A DNA stretch of 64,000 nucleotides. Origin: Paramecium tetraurelia. Its lineage: Eukaryota. Shown here one piece after another: positions 1-12,410 of this stretch. Made by a program: the position numbers and the translations under genes. Numbering within the stretch: position 1 is the stretch's first letter; each line of letters starts with the position of its first letter. Location of the stretch: positions 372,001 through 436,000 of the forward strand of contig CT867985.1 of the NCBI GenBank assembly GCA_000165425.1, in the 5' to 3' direction. The notes beneath the pieces are model-generated. The model had not been told where the DNA came from. It worked only from the letters and a program-made list of their open reading frames with translations, and ran no database searches.

Positions 1-778
1 TAAGACTATGACAAGAAATTTACGTATTCGAGAAGATAAAGCCAATTACTTATTGAATTTGGATGTTAATTCAGCATACTTCGATCCAAAATCTAGATCC
101 TTGAGAGAAAATCCAAATCCCCATTTACCACCTGAGAAATAAGTGTTCAAAGGTCTAAATCAAATTAGATTGACTGGTGAAACTCTATAGATGTATGAAT
201 AGGAAAGGTTTGCATGGTAATATGCAGAATAACACAATCTAAATCTCAATACAGTTTCTTTACCGACTTTGACTGAAAAGACAGTATGATATTTAATTTT
301 ATTAAACTAGTACAAATAAATAAAAGTAAAGAAGGAAGAATAGAAAATTGGAAGGGCAGAGAGTTTGTTTGATAGATATGGTGGAGAAGAACATTTAAAT
401 CCACAAATAGATTTACTATTGGGATAAACAGAAAGATTTGTAGAGTATGAAGAGGATGGTTTACCTAAGAATCCTTTGAAGAAGAAGGACTTAACTAAAA
501 GCAAATATTTAGAAGATTTCTTTTATGGAGATCATACAAGTGTATGGGGTAGTTGGTGGAGTGATGTTCTTGGATGGGGATATGACTGTTGCTATTCAAA
601 TGAGAAACATTCAGTTTGTCTTGGAGAAAAGGGAAAAAGATTGCAATTGAACAAAGAAGCTCGATTAAAGAGGGAAATTGAAGAGGACCTTCAAAAAGCA
701 TAAGTTTAAGATTAAAAATCTAGTCCTATACATCAACAGCCTCCATAACAAATAATCCAATAAATTTAATAACAATGA
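1..778 (+). CDS. SLU7: Pre-mRNA splicing factor Slu7, 3' part (start lies upstream of the window)
   Basis: Translates to [34 protein letters not shown] and HTSVWGSWW...WGYDCC. One intron at ~284-310; TGA 776-778. Confidence 0.93.
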
Positions 779-897
779 ATTTATTATTATTATTCTTATT
801 TTAAAATATTAATTATTAATCAATAAAATTAACTAAAATTCTAGCAGACTTGTTTTTAGTAAAAGAAAATACTTGATAGATAATTATATTTAACCAT

Positions 898-1958
898 ATG
901 TAAACTATACAGCTAAAGAATTTGTTAAAAGATCGTAGAGAATTAAAGAAATAGTTCACTCTGAAAAGAAAGCTTGATATAACTTCTATTCCCATTTTAG
1001 TTAGAAATAAAAGTTGTGAATGTTTAGATTGTGGTGGATAAATTATTAAATAAATTGAAGAACATAAAATTAATAATAAAGGGTCTCCCAAATATATTAC
1101 CAAATTTATAGCCTAACATGAAAAATCTAAAAATTTTCACTTTTTATAACATAAACCTTAAACTACTTAAAAGTAAATTTACCTATCGATTGTAGTTTGC
1201 CATTTCCAGATATTGTTCCCAAAAGAGTTCAATAGCCTTCTAGCAATTCTAATGAATAACCCTTAATAAGTCCTACCTTAGAACAACCCAAAAGAGACAT
1301 GAGAAAATTAAGTAGACTAATTGAAAAATATGAAACTACAAAAACTGAAATCGTTTAGTAACAATACTGCAAAACCTTACCTGATGTAGTCTAAAAATCA
1401 AAAAATAAATGCTAATATTTACAAAGATAAAAAACTCAACATCATTCATATATTAAAATACTTCCAATAGGAGATGAAGAGAAGGAATTACAAAATTCTG
1501 GAACAAATAGTAACCATCTTAAAAATTCATCCTAAAAAACCCCGTTAAGAAATTAGGTGTATAAGGAATTGAATGAAAGTTCAATATTAAGATAGTTATA
1601 AACTCCAATCTTATAAAAATCGAAATTTAAAAATTATGTAATCATAGATTTCGCTGATGGAATTAAAAAAGCCATGGAAAAAATCAAAGAAATGGATGAG
1701 TTCTCAAATAATAGTAAGATAGTTAGCACACAGTTTAACGAAGATACAAAAAATAAGAATAGAGGATCTATTTTATTAAAATCTATGTTTGATTGTACAA
1801 AGCTTTTAGAAAAGAATAAAAAAACATTAAAATAGTTAGATGTTTTTGTAAGAACCAAATCTCTAAATCGGAAATCTAGTAAATATGAGAAGCACTATTC
1901 GCCATCAAAAAATTACTCACTTTCGAAGATTTATTTACCTAAAATCATTAAAAGATGA
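898..1958 (+). CDS. Hypothetical protein (basic, low complexity)
   Basis: Open in table 6 with one short intron near 1173-1195; contains CECLDCG; TGA 1956-1958. Start codon uncertain. Confidence 0.6.
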
Positions 1959-2049
1959 TTGACTTTTATAAATACATATTTTATGTATATTTTTATAAAT
2001 TAAGATTTTATGTGAAATATTTATCCTTAATAATTAAAATAATAATCAA

Positions 2050-3091
2050 TCACTTATCACTTTCATTATAAAATACTCAATTCTTTTTTTAAAGTTATTT
2101 CATTATAAATTGTATTCTAAATATATTACTAAGTATTACTTTATATAATAGTAGAGGCTCCAAATCATGAGATGTTTCAATATAACTAGACATGAAATTT
2201 AAGACTTCTGATCTCACCTCTTAATCCATTCCAATGTTGTAAAACTGAAATGGAATTTTCTTTTCTGACAGAATTCTTGCTATTTCACAATTTAAATCCG
2301 GTTGTCCATCTATTAGTATAATATATTTTGAAATTAATTATATCTGTTCTAACTTTGAATTCTTCGTCATATAGGCTTCCTTAGGTATTAGTTCTGCGAA
2401 TCTTTTTTGCTCAATTAATTCTACAGTTGCCTTAGTCTTAAATAATTTGAATTACATCAGCTCCTCCAATTAATTTTCCACTCACAAACACTTAGGGAAA
2501 AGTTTACCATTTTGAGTAAAGCTTCAAATAACCAACCATAAGTTTGTCAATTTCGATATCATAAAATCCAAATTGAATACCAAAAGGTTGCAATTTTTAA
2601 ATTAACTTTGAGGTAAATCTACACATTGGTTTTTCTGGTGTGCCTACAATAAATAACATAATAGGATTTTCTTTAATCATTTATTCAATCTTTTAGAAAT
2701 AGTGCTTTTATTGATTTCTAAACTCAACTTCAAATTGTTCAAATATGCTCTCTAATTAAACTACAATTTAGGCAGGTTCCAGACTCAATATTTAGCTATT
2801 TATTAATTATGGATATGATGAAATCAAAACAGAAGGCAATTAATGAATCTAAAATTACATAGTTCAATACATTATGGCTTCTTGCTATTTATTCGTCATT
2901 ACAATAGGATAAAGCATACTTTTCAACATCAAGAGGTATTTATTGTAATAATTTGTCTAATCTTGCTTTATAGTCATCATTATTATAAAATACAGTGATT
3001 ATCACCTAAATCAATTTGTCGTAATTGTTACCTTATGGAAATTAGATGATTAGAATGTATTTAAAGAATATTCCTGTGTAATCGAAGTCAT
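2050..3091 (-). CDS. Multidomain monothiol glutaredoxin (Grx3/4/PICOT-like: Trx-like + Grx + degenerate Grx)
   Basis: MLFIVGTPEKPMCRFTS and YSKWQTFPQVFVSGKLIGGAD; four short introns. Confidence 0.85.
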
Positions 3092-3172
3092 AATTAATTT
3101 AATATAATTATTATTATATTATTTAGTGCAAAAAGTAATGAAACCATTTATTGATTTCAAAATTGCAATAAA

Positions 3173-5150
3173 TCAAAATTTAGTTGGAGATTCTTGTATT
3201 TCTTGTATTTTTTGGATTTCTTGGATTTATTTACCAAAAATTTTAAGTTATCCTTTCTTACTAACTTACTTCCATATCTTTAGGAAATTGTAGATATTTA
3301 TTTCATCTTCCTCCAAATAATTTGGGGGTTCTTTCCCTTTCTTTAATTGTTCTTCATATAATTTAAATTTCTATATCTAAATAATCAAGATTTACATCAT
3401 AATTCACATCATAAATATTTTGTGATCTCAACATGAAATCAACAAAGCTCAGCTGATCCAATTCTTCTTTTTCATCATCTTCTTTTTATTTTTATATTTT
3501 TAATTCAATTTCTCTCTTTATTTAGAGATTTGAAGTTTCTATTTCTTCTTAGGATCTTTTTCTTTCTTAAAAAGTCTATTTTGGCACTATTAAGACACTT
3601 TTTTACCTTTCTAATTTAGAAGGTTGTTTAGACAATTCCTCTTAGACTTATTTCTCAACCTCCTCCTTCTATTTTTAAATAAGTAAGGCTATTTCCTTCT
3701 TTTTATTCTCCTCAATCTCTCTCTACTTTTCTTCTTCTAAAATTTTTGCTTTATTCAATTGTTCTTCTTTTTCTTTTTGTTGTAACTGTTATTCTCTCAA
3801 CAATCTTTCCTACTCTTTTTTTTATGATTCAATTAAATCTAATTTTAGTAAGGATTATCTCTTAAGAAATTACTCTTCATTGTCGTTTTCTTATTAATTA
3901 TATATAAATTCTTCCTTTTTATTTTTTTTCCTTTCTATTTCCTCTTAAATTTGCCTTATTTCTAATAATTTAGCCTATTATTTTTTCTCTTCTTCTTGCT
4001 GAGATCTCAATTAATTTTGTTTATATTAATTTTATTCTTCTCTTAATTCTTTTAGGTATTCATCATTTAGTTTTTTTGCTTTTTCGTCATTGGTTTTTTT
4101 AGGAGAAAAGGTTTGGGTGAGGATTTCATTTTAAGATAATTAAACTTATTATTATTATTGCTATATATCTGTTTCTTATTAATTACCCTGAAATTATAAT
4201 TATTATTTTATAGAAGCTTTTAACTTTTTTTTTGTTTATTATAATTTCTAAATTGTTTGTTTATTTGCAGTTACTACTTATTAATTATATAGGTTATCCT
4301 ACTTAATCACTTATTTTTTTAATTATCTTCTTAAATTATTATCTAATTATTTTTCAATTTATTCATATATTCCTTCAGTTTTAATTTTCATTATATCTTT
4401 TTCATCCTTATATTCTTCAAATTCTTCTTCTTCTTCCTCTAGATTTTCTTCTTCATTTTCATCATTTTATGATTATTGTTCCTACTTCTTATCTAAGATT
4501 TTATTGACCAATGTATCAAAATTGATAGGTTGTTAAGAGATTTCATAATCATATTGATCAATTTAACTTTGGTGTTATGTACTTGCAGCTTTGATTGATT
4601 ATTTCTTTTGCATTGAATCAAATATAACCTAATTTTAGAGTTGGGTTCCTTATTTAGAGGTTGGTCGAGATTCTATAAAGAATTTTGATTAAGTTGAAGT
4701 TTCTGAAGATAATCTTTAAACTCTTCTCCTAGTTATAGATTATTAATTGTTCTCCAAACAGTGGTTGAACTTCTATTTATTAAGTGCCTATTCAATTCTT
4801 TTTTGATTTTCTTTATACTTCTACCAATTGATTTTTTCTGTCTAGTTCTTTGTTAATGCTGATTGCGAATGATATTGATATTATTCTCTTATTTGTCTAT
4901 GGTAATTATGCCTGGAATTCTATTAAATTAGGAACTCGAAATTGCTTAGATGATCACTCTATCGAAGTGCTATTGAATTTTGTTGACTTAAATTAAAATT
5001 GATAGATAATTAACTTGGCTTCTAAGTCACTTCTTTTACTTCTTTTAATCTCATAATCTTAGAATAATGATAAAAACTTTGAAGTTCTTATTTTGACTTG
5101 ATAGATTTCTATAATTAAGGACTTTTTTGAGAAGTTGTACTATCGAGCAT
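3173..5150 (-). CDS. Hypothetical Q/E/K-rich coiled-coil protein
   Basis: Long table-6 reading frame MLDSTTSQKSP...ESPTKF*, with long charged helical runs and introns near the 3' end. Confidence 0.7.
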
Positions 5151-5205
5151 TTATTTAATATTAATATTAATTGAAACAGTATTTATCTAAAATTAATAAA
5201 AATTA

Positions 5206-5505
5206 ATGAATTATCATACTCATATTGCTGGACTTTAGAATAAAGTTAAATTAAATAAGATTGAGCCAAAAACATAATCAATTCTTAAAAAACCCAACAA
5301 CAGTTAGAATAATAAAACTAGAATCGATTTGAATGGCAATCCAATCTGCACAAGTTCAAAGAAATATTCCATTAATTTTAAATAAAACCTATGTTAGGTG
5401 TATGTAGTAGAGAATTGGAAGAAATTTAATATATTGGAAAATAGTATATAAATATTGGAAGCCGAATAAAATAAGAAATGCTTGTATAATTGCAATCTAT
5501 TTTGA
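5206..5505 (+). CDS. 99-aa protein with SILK, RVxF-like and C-terminal CaaX-like motifs
   Basis: Intronless 100-codon frame: ...QSILKKP...RIDLNGNPI...KKYSINF...QVYVVENWKKFN...CLYNCNLF*. Confidence 0.75.
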
Positions 5506-6279
5506 ATATATAATTTGTCTTTTTGTAATAGACTTTTGTTTAATATCACATTGACCTATTAAAACACCATAAATTTATAATTAAATTTTAGTTCAAATGA
5601 AGTCTCATTTGTTTATAATCTACTAATTACTCTTTTTGATATCGCCATCATTTCCGCATTCCCTTCAATTCCTCTTATTTTAGTTTACTTAACTCATTTT
5701 AAGTTCTTAAACGATCAGTTTTGAAGTTTTCCCTAATAATTTGAGTCTATTTCATATAAATTCATGAATTATGCTATCAGCGATTCTAAATATTTTTAAA
5801 TCATTTTAAAAAGGTTTGAACTGTAGAATCAAACACCTTTAACACTGCCTGTAAAGTCAATATACATTTTTTTTAATCTTCGAATATAACACATGGCTTT
5901 TAGATCCTAAATTCTATGCTTTTTAAATTTAAGTTCTGGACTAGGTAATTATTTTAATAGGTAGATTTTTTTTAGGTTTCGATCTATTTATAATCTCTAA
6001 ATAAAAAGAAACAAATAATATCTAGATTTTAAATATTTCATTAAGATTCTTTTTCAAATTCGAATTTACTTTAGGTTATTTATTTTAAACCTTAAAAATA
6101 CATTAATTATATAACTAAATCATAGTTAGAAATTTATTGTTATCTATTCATACTACATTTATCATTTTTACTTTAACTAATCATTTTATAAGTCAAATAT
6201 TTATCTGTAAATCAACAATAATGTAATCATTCATTTATGTATTTATTTAATAAATAAAATAATTTATTTCAATATAAAA

Positions 6280-7149
6280 ATGCTTTGTGACGAATAGACA
6301 GCAACTAAAATTGGATAAAATGTATTCAGAGATTATGTGGTGGATGGAAGCTTTGATATTAATTCATGTATGATTTTATATGACATATCAAGTATAGAAG
6401 ATGTTAGAAGATTGCTATGCAAAATTGGAATTACCTATGCCTTCCCTGACCGAATAGGATTTAATACAATACGCATAGATTTGGGATTTAAATTAAGATA
6501 ACTCCATTACAGAAGATGATGTTGAAAATAATGCAAAACAATTATTATCACAAGATCAAGAAGATGCTAGTAAGGCTTAAGAACTACTTGGTTATCCTCC
6601 TATTTAAGTTACTTACGAAAGCTACGTAGTTCAAAATTTAGAATTCAAAGAAGAAAGTGCTGTTATTGTTTCAAAGGATATTAAATAAGAAACTGGAAGT
6701 TACTCCTTGAAAGCAGCTCCTGAATCAAACAGACGAAATTAATCTTCAATTTAACAAAGCACCAAAACTATATCGAATTCAAAATTATAACCATTAAGCC
6801 AATAGTCAAACACATTTGTGTATCCCTTGGAAACGGATAAAAATAAATATTAATAATACAATACGAGAACCTAAAAGAAGCTTGAATTAGCAGAAAGAGT
6901 TTTTAATAAATTCTAAAAAAATGGTTTCATCACTTAGAATGAGGTAGATTTATTGATATAAGTCTATAGGCATTTGCATTACTTAAGGAGACTTACGAAT
7001 AATTGAAAATGCCATATTCGATAACAGAATAGGATGCTAAATCTTGGATGCTTATGGCCGATAAAGACAAAGATGGTAAAGTTAGACTATAAGATTTTCA
7101 TTAAGTTCTCCTAGATAGTTTGGTTTAAGCAGGAATTAGCATAAATTGA
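6280..7149 (+). CDS. EF-hand calcium-binding protein, TCBP-23/25-like, with a long linker
   Basis: C-terminal LAERVFNKF...LLKETYEQLKM...TEQDAKSWMLMADKDKDGKVRLQDF...SLVQAGI resembles ciliate TCBP-25. A similar lobe is at the N-terminus (WDLNQDNSITEDD). Two introns. Confidence 0.78.
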
Positions 7150-7309
7150 AATTGGATTTATATATGCATATTTAATTATAGAAACCTATCAAAAATAATA
7201 AGTAAATCTTAAATTTACATACCTAAATACAGCTTACTGCACATATGATAATCTGTTTAACAATTCTCTCTTTCATAGTATAATTTCAACTTATTTTTGT
7301 TATATTTTA

Positions 7310-8556
7310 ATGCAGTATAAACTATTATAAGGATAATCAAATTGTTGGAAGGTAGCCTTGCTGGGAACAACTTTCTTATTCATGTTTTCATCATTTAATT
7401 CAGCAGCCAACTAAATAACCTTTTTATACAAAGAGACCAATTATAACGATCTTGGAGTGATTTCGATATTTTCATTACACGCAGCTTTCAGAATTAGAAC
7501 TTTATTAGCACTTAATGTTATTGCATTGTTTAATCCAAAATATGTATCTAAAAATGTATTGAGTAGCTAGGTTATGTTCTTTTCATAATTTGGATATACA
7601 TTATACATGTCCCGCGATATTATTGTCTATAAATGCAAAGAAAATGGCACCCAAATTGGATTTGCAGTAAAGAAAATCTATATACAATTGTCAATCTATG
7701 TGTAATAGTAATTGGTAAATATGTAAGTACTTTATGTGTATCATAAACATGGTACATTACAAGTATAAGGACAAATGAAACTAGAGGTAAATACTTTGGT
7801 ATATATGTAATCATCATAGATTATTGGTAATGTCCTGGGTTTGTTTTAGTACAACTATCACCAATAGTATACTTTTTAGTGATGATGATTTTTGCGGTAT
7901 TAGTGGATGTTTGCTTTTGAATTTTGCCATCTAAATTTGAGAAGCCATAAGAAGTAAAGAGTTTGTAGGAAAAACTGAGAGGAATTTGTATTATCATAAG
8001 TTCAAGAATATGAGACCAATGTTATAGTATTACTATATTGCAGGAACTATTGTATCATTTTATACTGGGTTTTTGTACAAGACTAAAGTTAGATGTAAAA
8101 ACCAAAAAGCAAGCATATGTTTTTATTATACTTGGTGTTTTTAAGTTCATTAGCGGAATTTGTTCTGGGTACATATCAGATAGAGATCATTTTTATATGG
8201 TGGCAACTACAAGTACAATAATAGTTGAGTTGGCTTTAATTGTTAGCATTATTAGTGATTATACTGATAATTATACTTTGTGTTTCATTGCTGGAGCTCT
8301 ATTGGAAACATTTAATTGTTTGCTTCTAATATGACTGTGGCCATCACCAAAACCCTATTTTCATATCAAATTGAAGCTTTTGCAATTAGAGCTATCATGA
8401 CCATCTTTTGCAACTAATGTTATGCTAATATTTAGTATTTTGATTCTTTAGCAGATCATTCATTTACTAATAGTAGTATTAGTAGAGTTGTTGACCAATA
8501 TTAGTAAAAGCAAACTGGGAATAATCAATGCAAAGCCAGATGAAATAAAATTGTGA
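7310..8556 (+). pseudogene. UNC-93-like MFS membrane protein, disrupted
   Basis: Starts with GTTFLFMFSSFNSAAN and has a UNC-93-like SQTWYITS...RGKYFGIY segment. Needs frameshifts near 7650 and 8320, and has an in-frame TGA at 7918-7920. Confidence 0.7.
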
Positions 8557-8707
8557 TTAGAATATTTTAATAGTAAATTTTATAATCATTTTTTCTAAGA
8601 AAATAATTTAATTATAAATCTGGTTATTATTAAACATTTATTCTAATTCAATTCTATTTTATTATTGAAAAATCTTAAAAAAATAGTCTATATTTTTATT
8701 AAAATCA

Positions 8708-8920
8708 TCATTCAATCTGATCCCTAAAGCGCCATGTTGCTGCTGTTCCAGCTGTGAACCCTCTCAGGGTTCTAGCTCTGAAAAACACCAATCCAACTCC
8801 ATAACCGATCACAGCAAAAATGGCTCCTTGCATCAATCCTTTAGTAATCTTCTAGTCCTTTTCTATGAACTCCTTGGTTGTCTTGAATGGCTACCAAAAG
8901 ACATTATTTCCTTCAGACAT
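8708..8920 (-). CDS. MIC10: MICOS subunit Mic10-like, 70 aa
   Basis: GAIFAVIGYGVGLVFFRARTLRGFTAGTAA: Gly-rich TM1, basic FFRxR loop, then a second small-residue segment. Confidence 0.65.
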
Positions 8921-8971
8921 TTTTATTTAAATAATTATTAATTTTATATATAGACATTTACACATTAATTA

Positions 8972-10032
8972 TCATGCAGCATTGAAATATATCTTATCAT
9001 TAACATGTAATAAAATTGGAACTGAATTTTAAATATGAAATGATTAATTTTCATCTGTCAACCATTGAGGAGAGAAATTAAATCCATTCTTTTCAATATT
9101 AGCTATAATTTATAAGCAATAAAATACTCCAGGAATCCTCTCTATGAGTGAAGTCTCTCAACACATAATTCCAATTGAATTAATGATATATTCTTGTATC
9201 GAGTATTCTAATCAGAACATCGTCAATTCTTAAATAACTTCGTATCAATCCAAAAAAGCAGTCACCCATTATTCTGAATCTATATTCACAATTTGAAAAT
9301 CCATTGTCACCCAACTCATCTTCGAACAAAGTAATGTGATATGCCCATTTAATTGGATTATCCTTTAATTTTAAATAATTCAAATACTGGTGTTAAGTTA
9401 TTCAATGGAATCTCCTCTTCTGTATATTCACAATGGTATGTCTTCGATTTTATATTATATACTTGATTCAGATAATCTACTTCATTCTTAATCACATTCT
9501 CATTTAATTACTGTTCAAATATGGATTTACCCTTGATTCCTGTAAGTTGTTCGAATCTTTAAAATTAATAATTAATCTAATCTCCGTCGACTATTGTTCC
9601 CTTATAAGGAGATGAGTAAAATGTATCAGATGTTTTATTTAAGACTTTGATATCTGCATTTTATTTCTGATTCCAGATGTTTGCATACTTGATTTGAGCT
9701 TGTTCTGGAATCACTGAGATGTAATTTAGTTTATTTGTTTTTAACTCCTTCTTAATATCAATGTAATTTGATGCTCTTGCCTAATAATTACATAAATATA
9801 AGGCGTCTTTAGGATCCACTAAAATGCCGAAGTTAAATTGCTTATTGTAGATCAATCCACAATTATTACCATTTGTGATATCTGGGATCGCTTGCAAAGT
9901 CAATGCATCCTATAACATAGCCAAATCGGTTGTGTTGTACATTCCAGATTTAGTAAAGATGAATTTCCATCCATTTTGTTCATATTCGTCAATATTTACA
10001 TCATTATATGTTTTATGTGAAATTATATTCAT
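8972..10032 (-). CDS. TIP41: TIP41-like PP2A regulator
   Basis: LFEDELGDNGFSNCEYRFRIMGDCFFGLIRSYLRIDDVLIRILDTRIYH is the TIP41 family signature. Confidence 0.93.
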
Positions 10033-10270
10033 TTTTAATAATATATTATAGGAGAAATATCAAATAAAATATCAGATAATATTAAAAATTGTGCATCAAT
10101 GAAAATCAGAGAGATTCCCATTTTTATCATCATTTATTATAATATAATTAAATTATTATTAAAATTTAACTTATTTTAATTAGCCTAAATATCGAAGTCC
10201 AATACAATATTTATACTTTTGTGAATTAACTGAAATAATTACATAAAATGCAATAAATATGTCATTGAAC

Positions 10271-11502
10271 TCATTTCTATTTGGATTCACTATTGGTATT
10301 GCTTCCATTCTTTGAAGAATTGCTTCCAAATATCGATATAAGTCCTCCAAGTAGACCATTATTCTTAGGACTCTATATTTAGCTTGATTACTGAAGTGCA
10401 TGGCTCTATTATGCTCTTTACAAAAATGTCCTAAAATTAGAATGCTGATTACTTTATTTATTTACAAATCTTCTTGATATCTTATCCAGGTGACAACTTA
10501 AACACTTCGTCTCTATTTCTTGATTTAATAGTTAAATAAAACGATTATTCATCCTTAATTTTCAGGTCTGTAATATCACTAGCTTTATAAACAAATCTCT
10601 ATGCAGAAGTTTCAAGTTCAAAAATGTATTCTTAGAACAAATTCTGTCTCAAAATTAATAGACATTCAATATCTAAGAATTAATTGTTAAGTGTGAGTTT
10701 ATGTTGCAAGTATTTTCCTCTTGTTTCTTCTAATTCACTTAATAATTGGGCTATTTTAAATCTAGAATCATCCAATGCTTTTTGGATTACTTTTGTTTCT
10801 TCATCTTTTTATTGGATTTCCTTTTCAATTGTTTTTAATTTTAATTACAATTGCAATTTTTCTCCAGATAAATCTTTAATCCTATTATATAAATCCTTTT
10901 CGATATCTTCGATATTCTTTCTTAATTGCTAAATTGTAGTATTTTTATCTTCAATTTCTTTAGTAAGTTTATCAATCTAATGATCCTTGTATTTCTAATC
11001 TCTCTCTAATTCTTTATAACCGGTCTATAGAATAGAGAGCTGGGCTTCATGATCATCTGTCTTCTATTTCAATTCTCTTATTATATTTATTATCTATACT
11101 GTTAAAGTTGCTTTATTTATTTGGTTAAGTTGCTATTATTATTTAATGGATCATTTTAAATAAGAGACCTTGGTGATCCTAAGGAGCTTGTAATTGTATT
11201 TCTCTATTTTTCCTAGCCATTGCTGAGAGTTTAAATCTACTATTGCAAATCTCTAATCACAGAATTGTACTTTTCATCCTAAGTTAATATGAATTTGACA
11301 TTCTTACCAAATCTGCCTTTTCCTAAGTTAAATTAGTATTCTTTTAGGTTAATTCTGAAATGGTCTTCAATAATTAAGCTTTTTCTTCTCTTAGTTCAAT
11401 AACAGCTTTTTTCAAGGTATTTATCTTCTATTTATCGCTTATTTTATTCACACTACCATTATCTGATTGACTGTCATTTTAGGCTTAGGGGGGTTTGCTC
11501 AT
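10271..11502 (-). CDS. Hypothetical coiled-coil protein with a C-terminal beta-rich (possibly PH-like) domain
   Basis: MSKPPQ...KINTLKKAVIELRE, a long coiled coil, a beta-rich segment, then ...SESKQK*. Confidence 0.65.
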
Positions 11503-11644
11503 TGCTTTAATCAATGTTCTTTATTATTATATTAAGAATATTACTAATAATTCAAGAATTATTATAAAATATATTATATCTGCATTGTGTTATGCCTATT
11601 AAATATAAAACTATATTCTAAACATTATTATTTTTAATTAATAC

Positions 11645-12402
11645 ATGAGCAACTACACAGCATTGAGTGGTGGATCTACATTTGAAGATATCATTGAAGA
11701 AATAAGGAAGATGGATGCAAAAATAGCCTAATAAATGAACCAGAGAAGTTAAAAATTTAATTAAAAGGAATCGGTTCATCTAGTAATTTACAAAATAATT
11801 ATAGATTGACAAACAATTGGGAGAATAAATAAAAAAGATAAATGGATTGATAAATGAAGGGAGAACGTAATTAAATAAAAAGAAAAATCTGTAAGTGTTA
11901 TTAATGTTGATAGAGTTCTTAAAATGAATAACAAAGATAAAAAAACAAATTGGATGAATTTTAAAATAGATCTGAGCAATTTAGCAATGCATTGAAAGTT
12001 AAACAAATATTTAATACAGTACAATTGATGATCATTTGATAGGTTACAAAGCAGTCCAATATGGATTATAGTGAAAAATCCCATACCGAGTTGGTTCAAA
12101 TTCAAAACAATCAGATTAAACAACAAGATGAAATATTAGATAATATGTTACAGACAACGGGAGTAATAGCAGTCAATATGAAAACTCTCGATTTAGCCTT
12201 AAAGGAGGACAAAAAGATTATAAACGAATTAAACAAAAAGGTATGCAATTTCACAAGAATAATATAGGTTGAATAAGCAACTGATGAAATAAAGGATACT
12301 ACTTCTAAAATGAAAACTCTGCTTTCATATACGAATGATTGGTGTCTTTGGATTATAATATTGGTAGAAGTTGTAGTATTTATTTTTCTTGTCATAAATT
12401 GA
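11645..12402 (+). CDS. Qc-SNARE (syntaxin-6/8/Tlg1-like), tail-anchored
   Basis: QIKQQDEILDNM SNARE motif start; C-terminal TM WCLWIIILVEVVVFIFLVIN*. Confidence 0.82.
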
Positions 12403-12410
12403 ATATAATA

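Noticed and set aside
5506..6279. Minus-strand coiled-coil-like fragments
   Set aside because: Interrupted by TGAs with no recognisable homology; at most a decayed gene.
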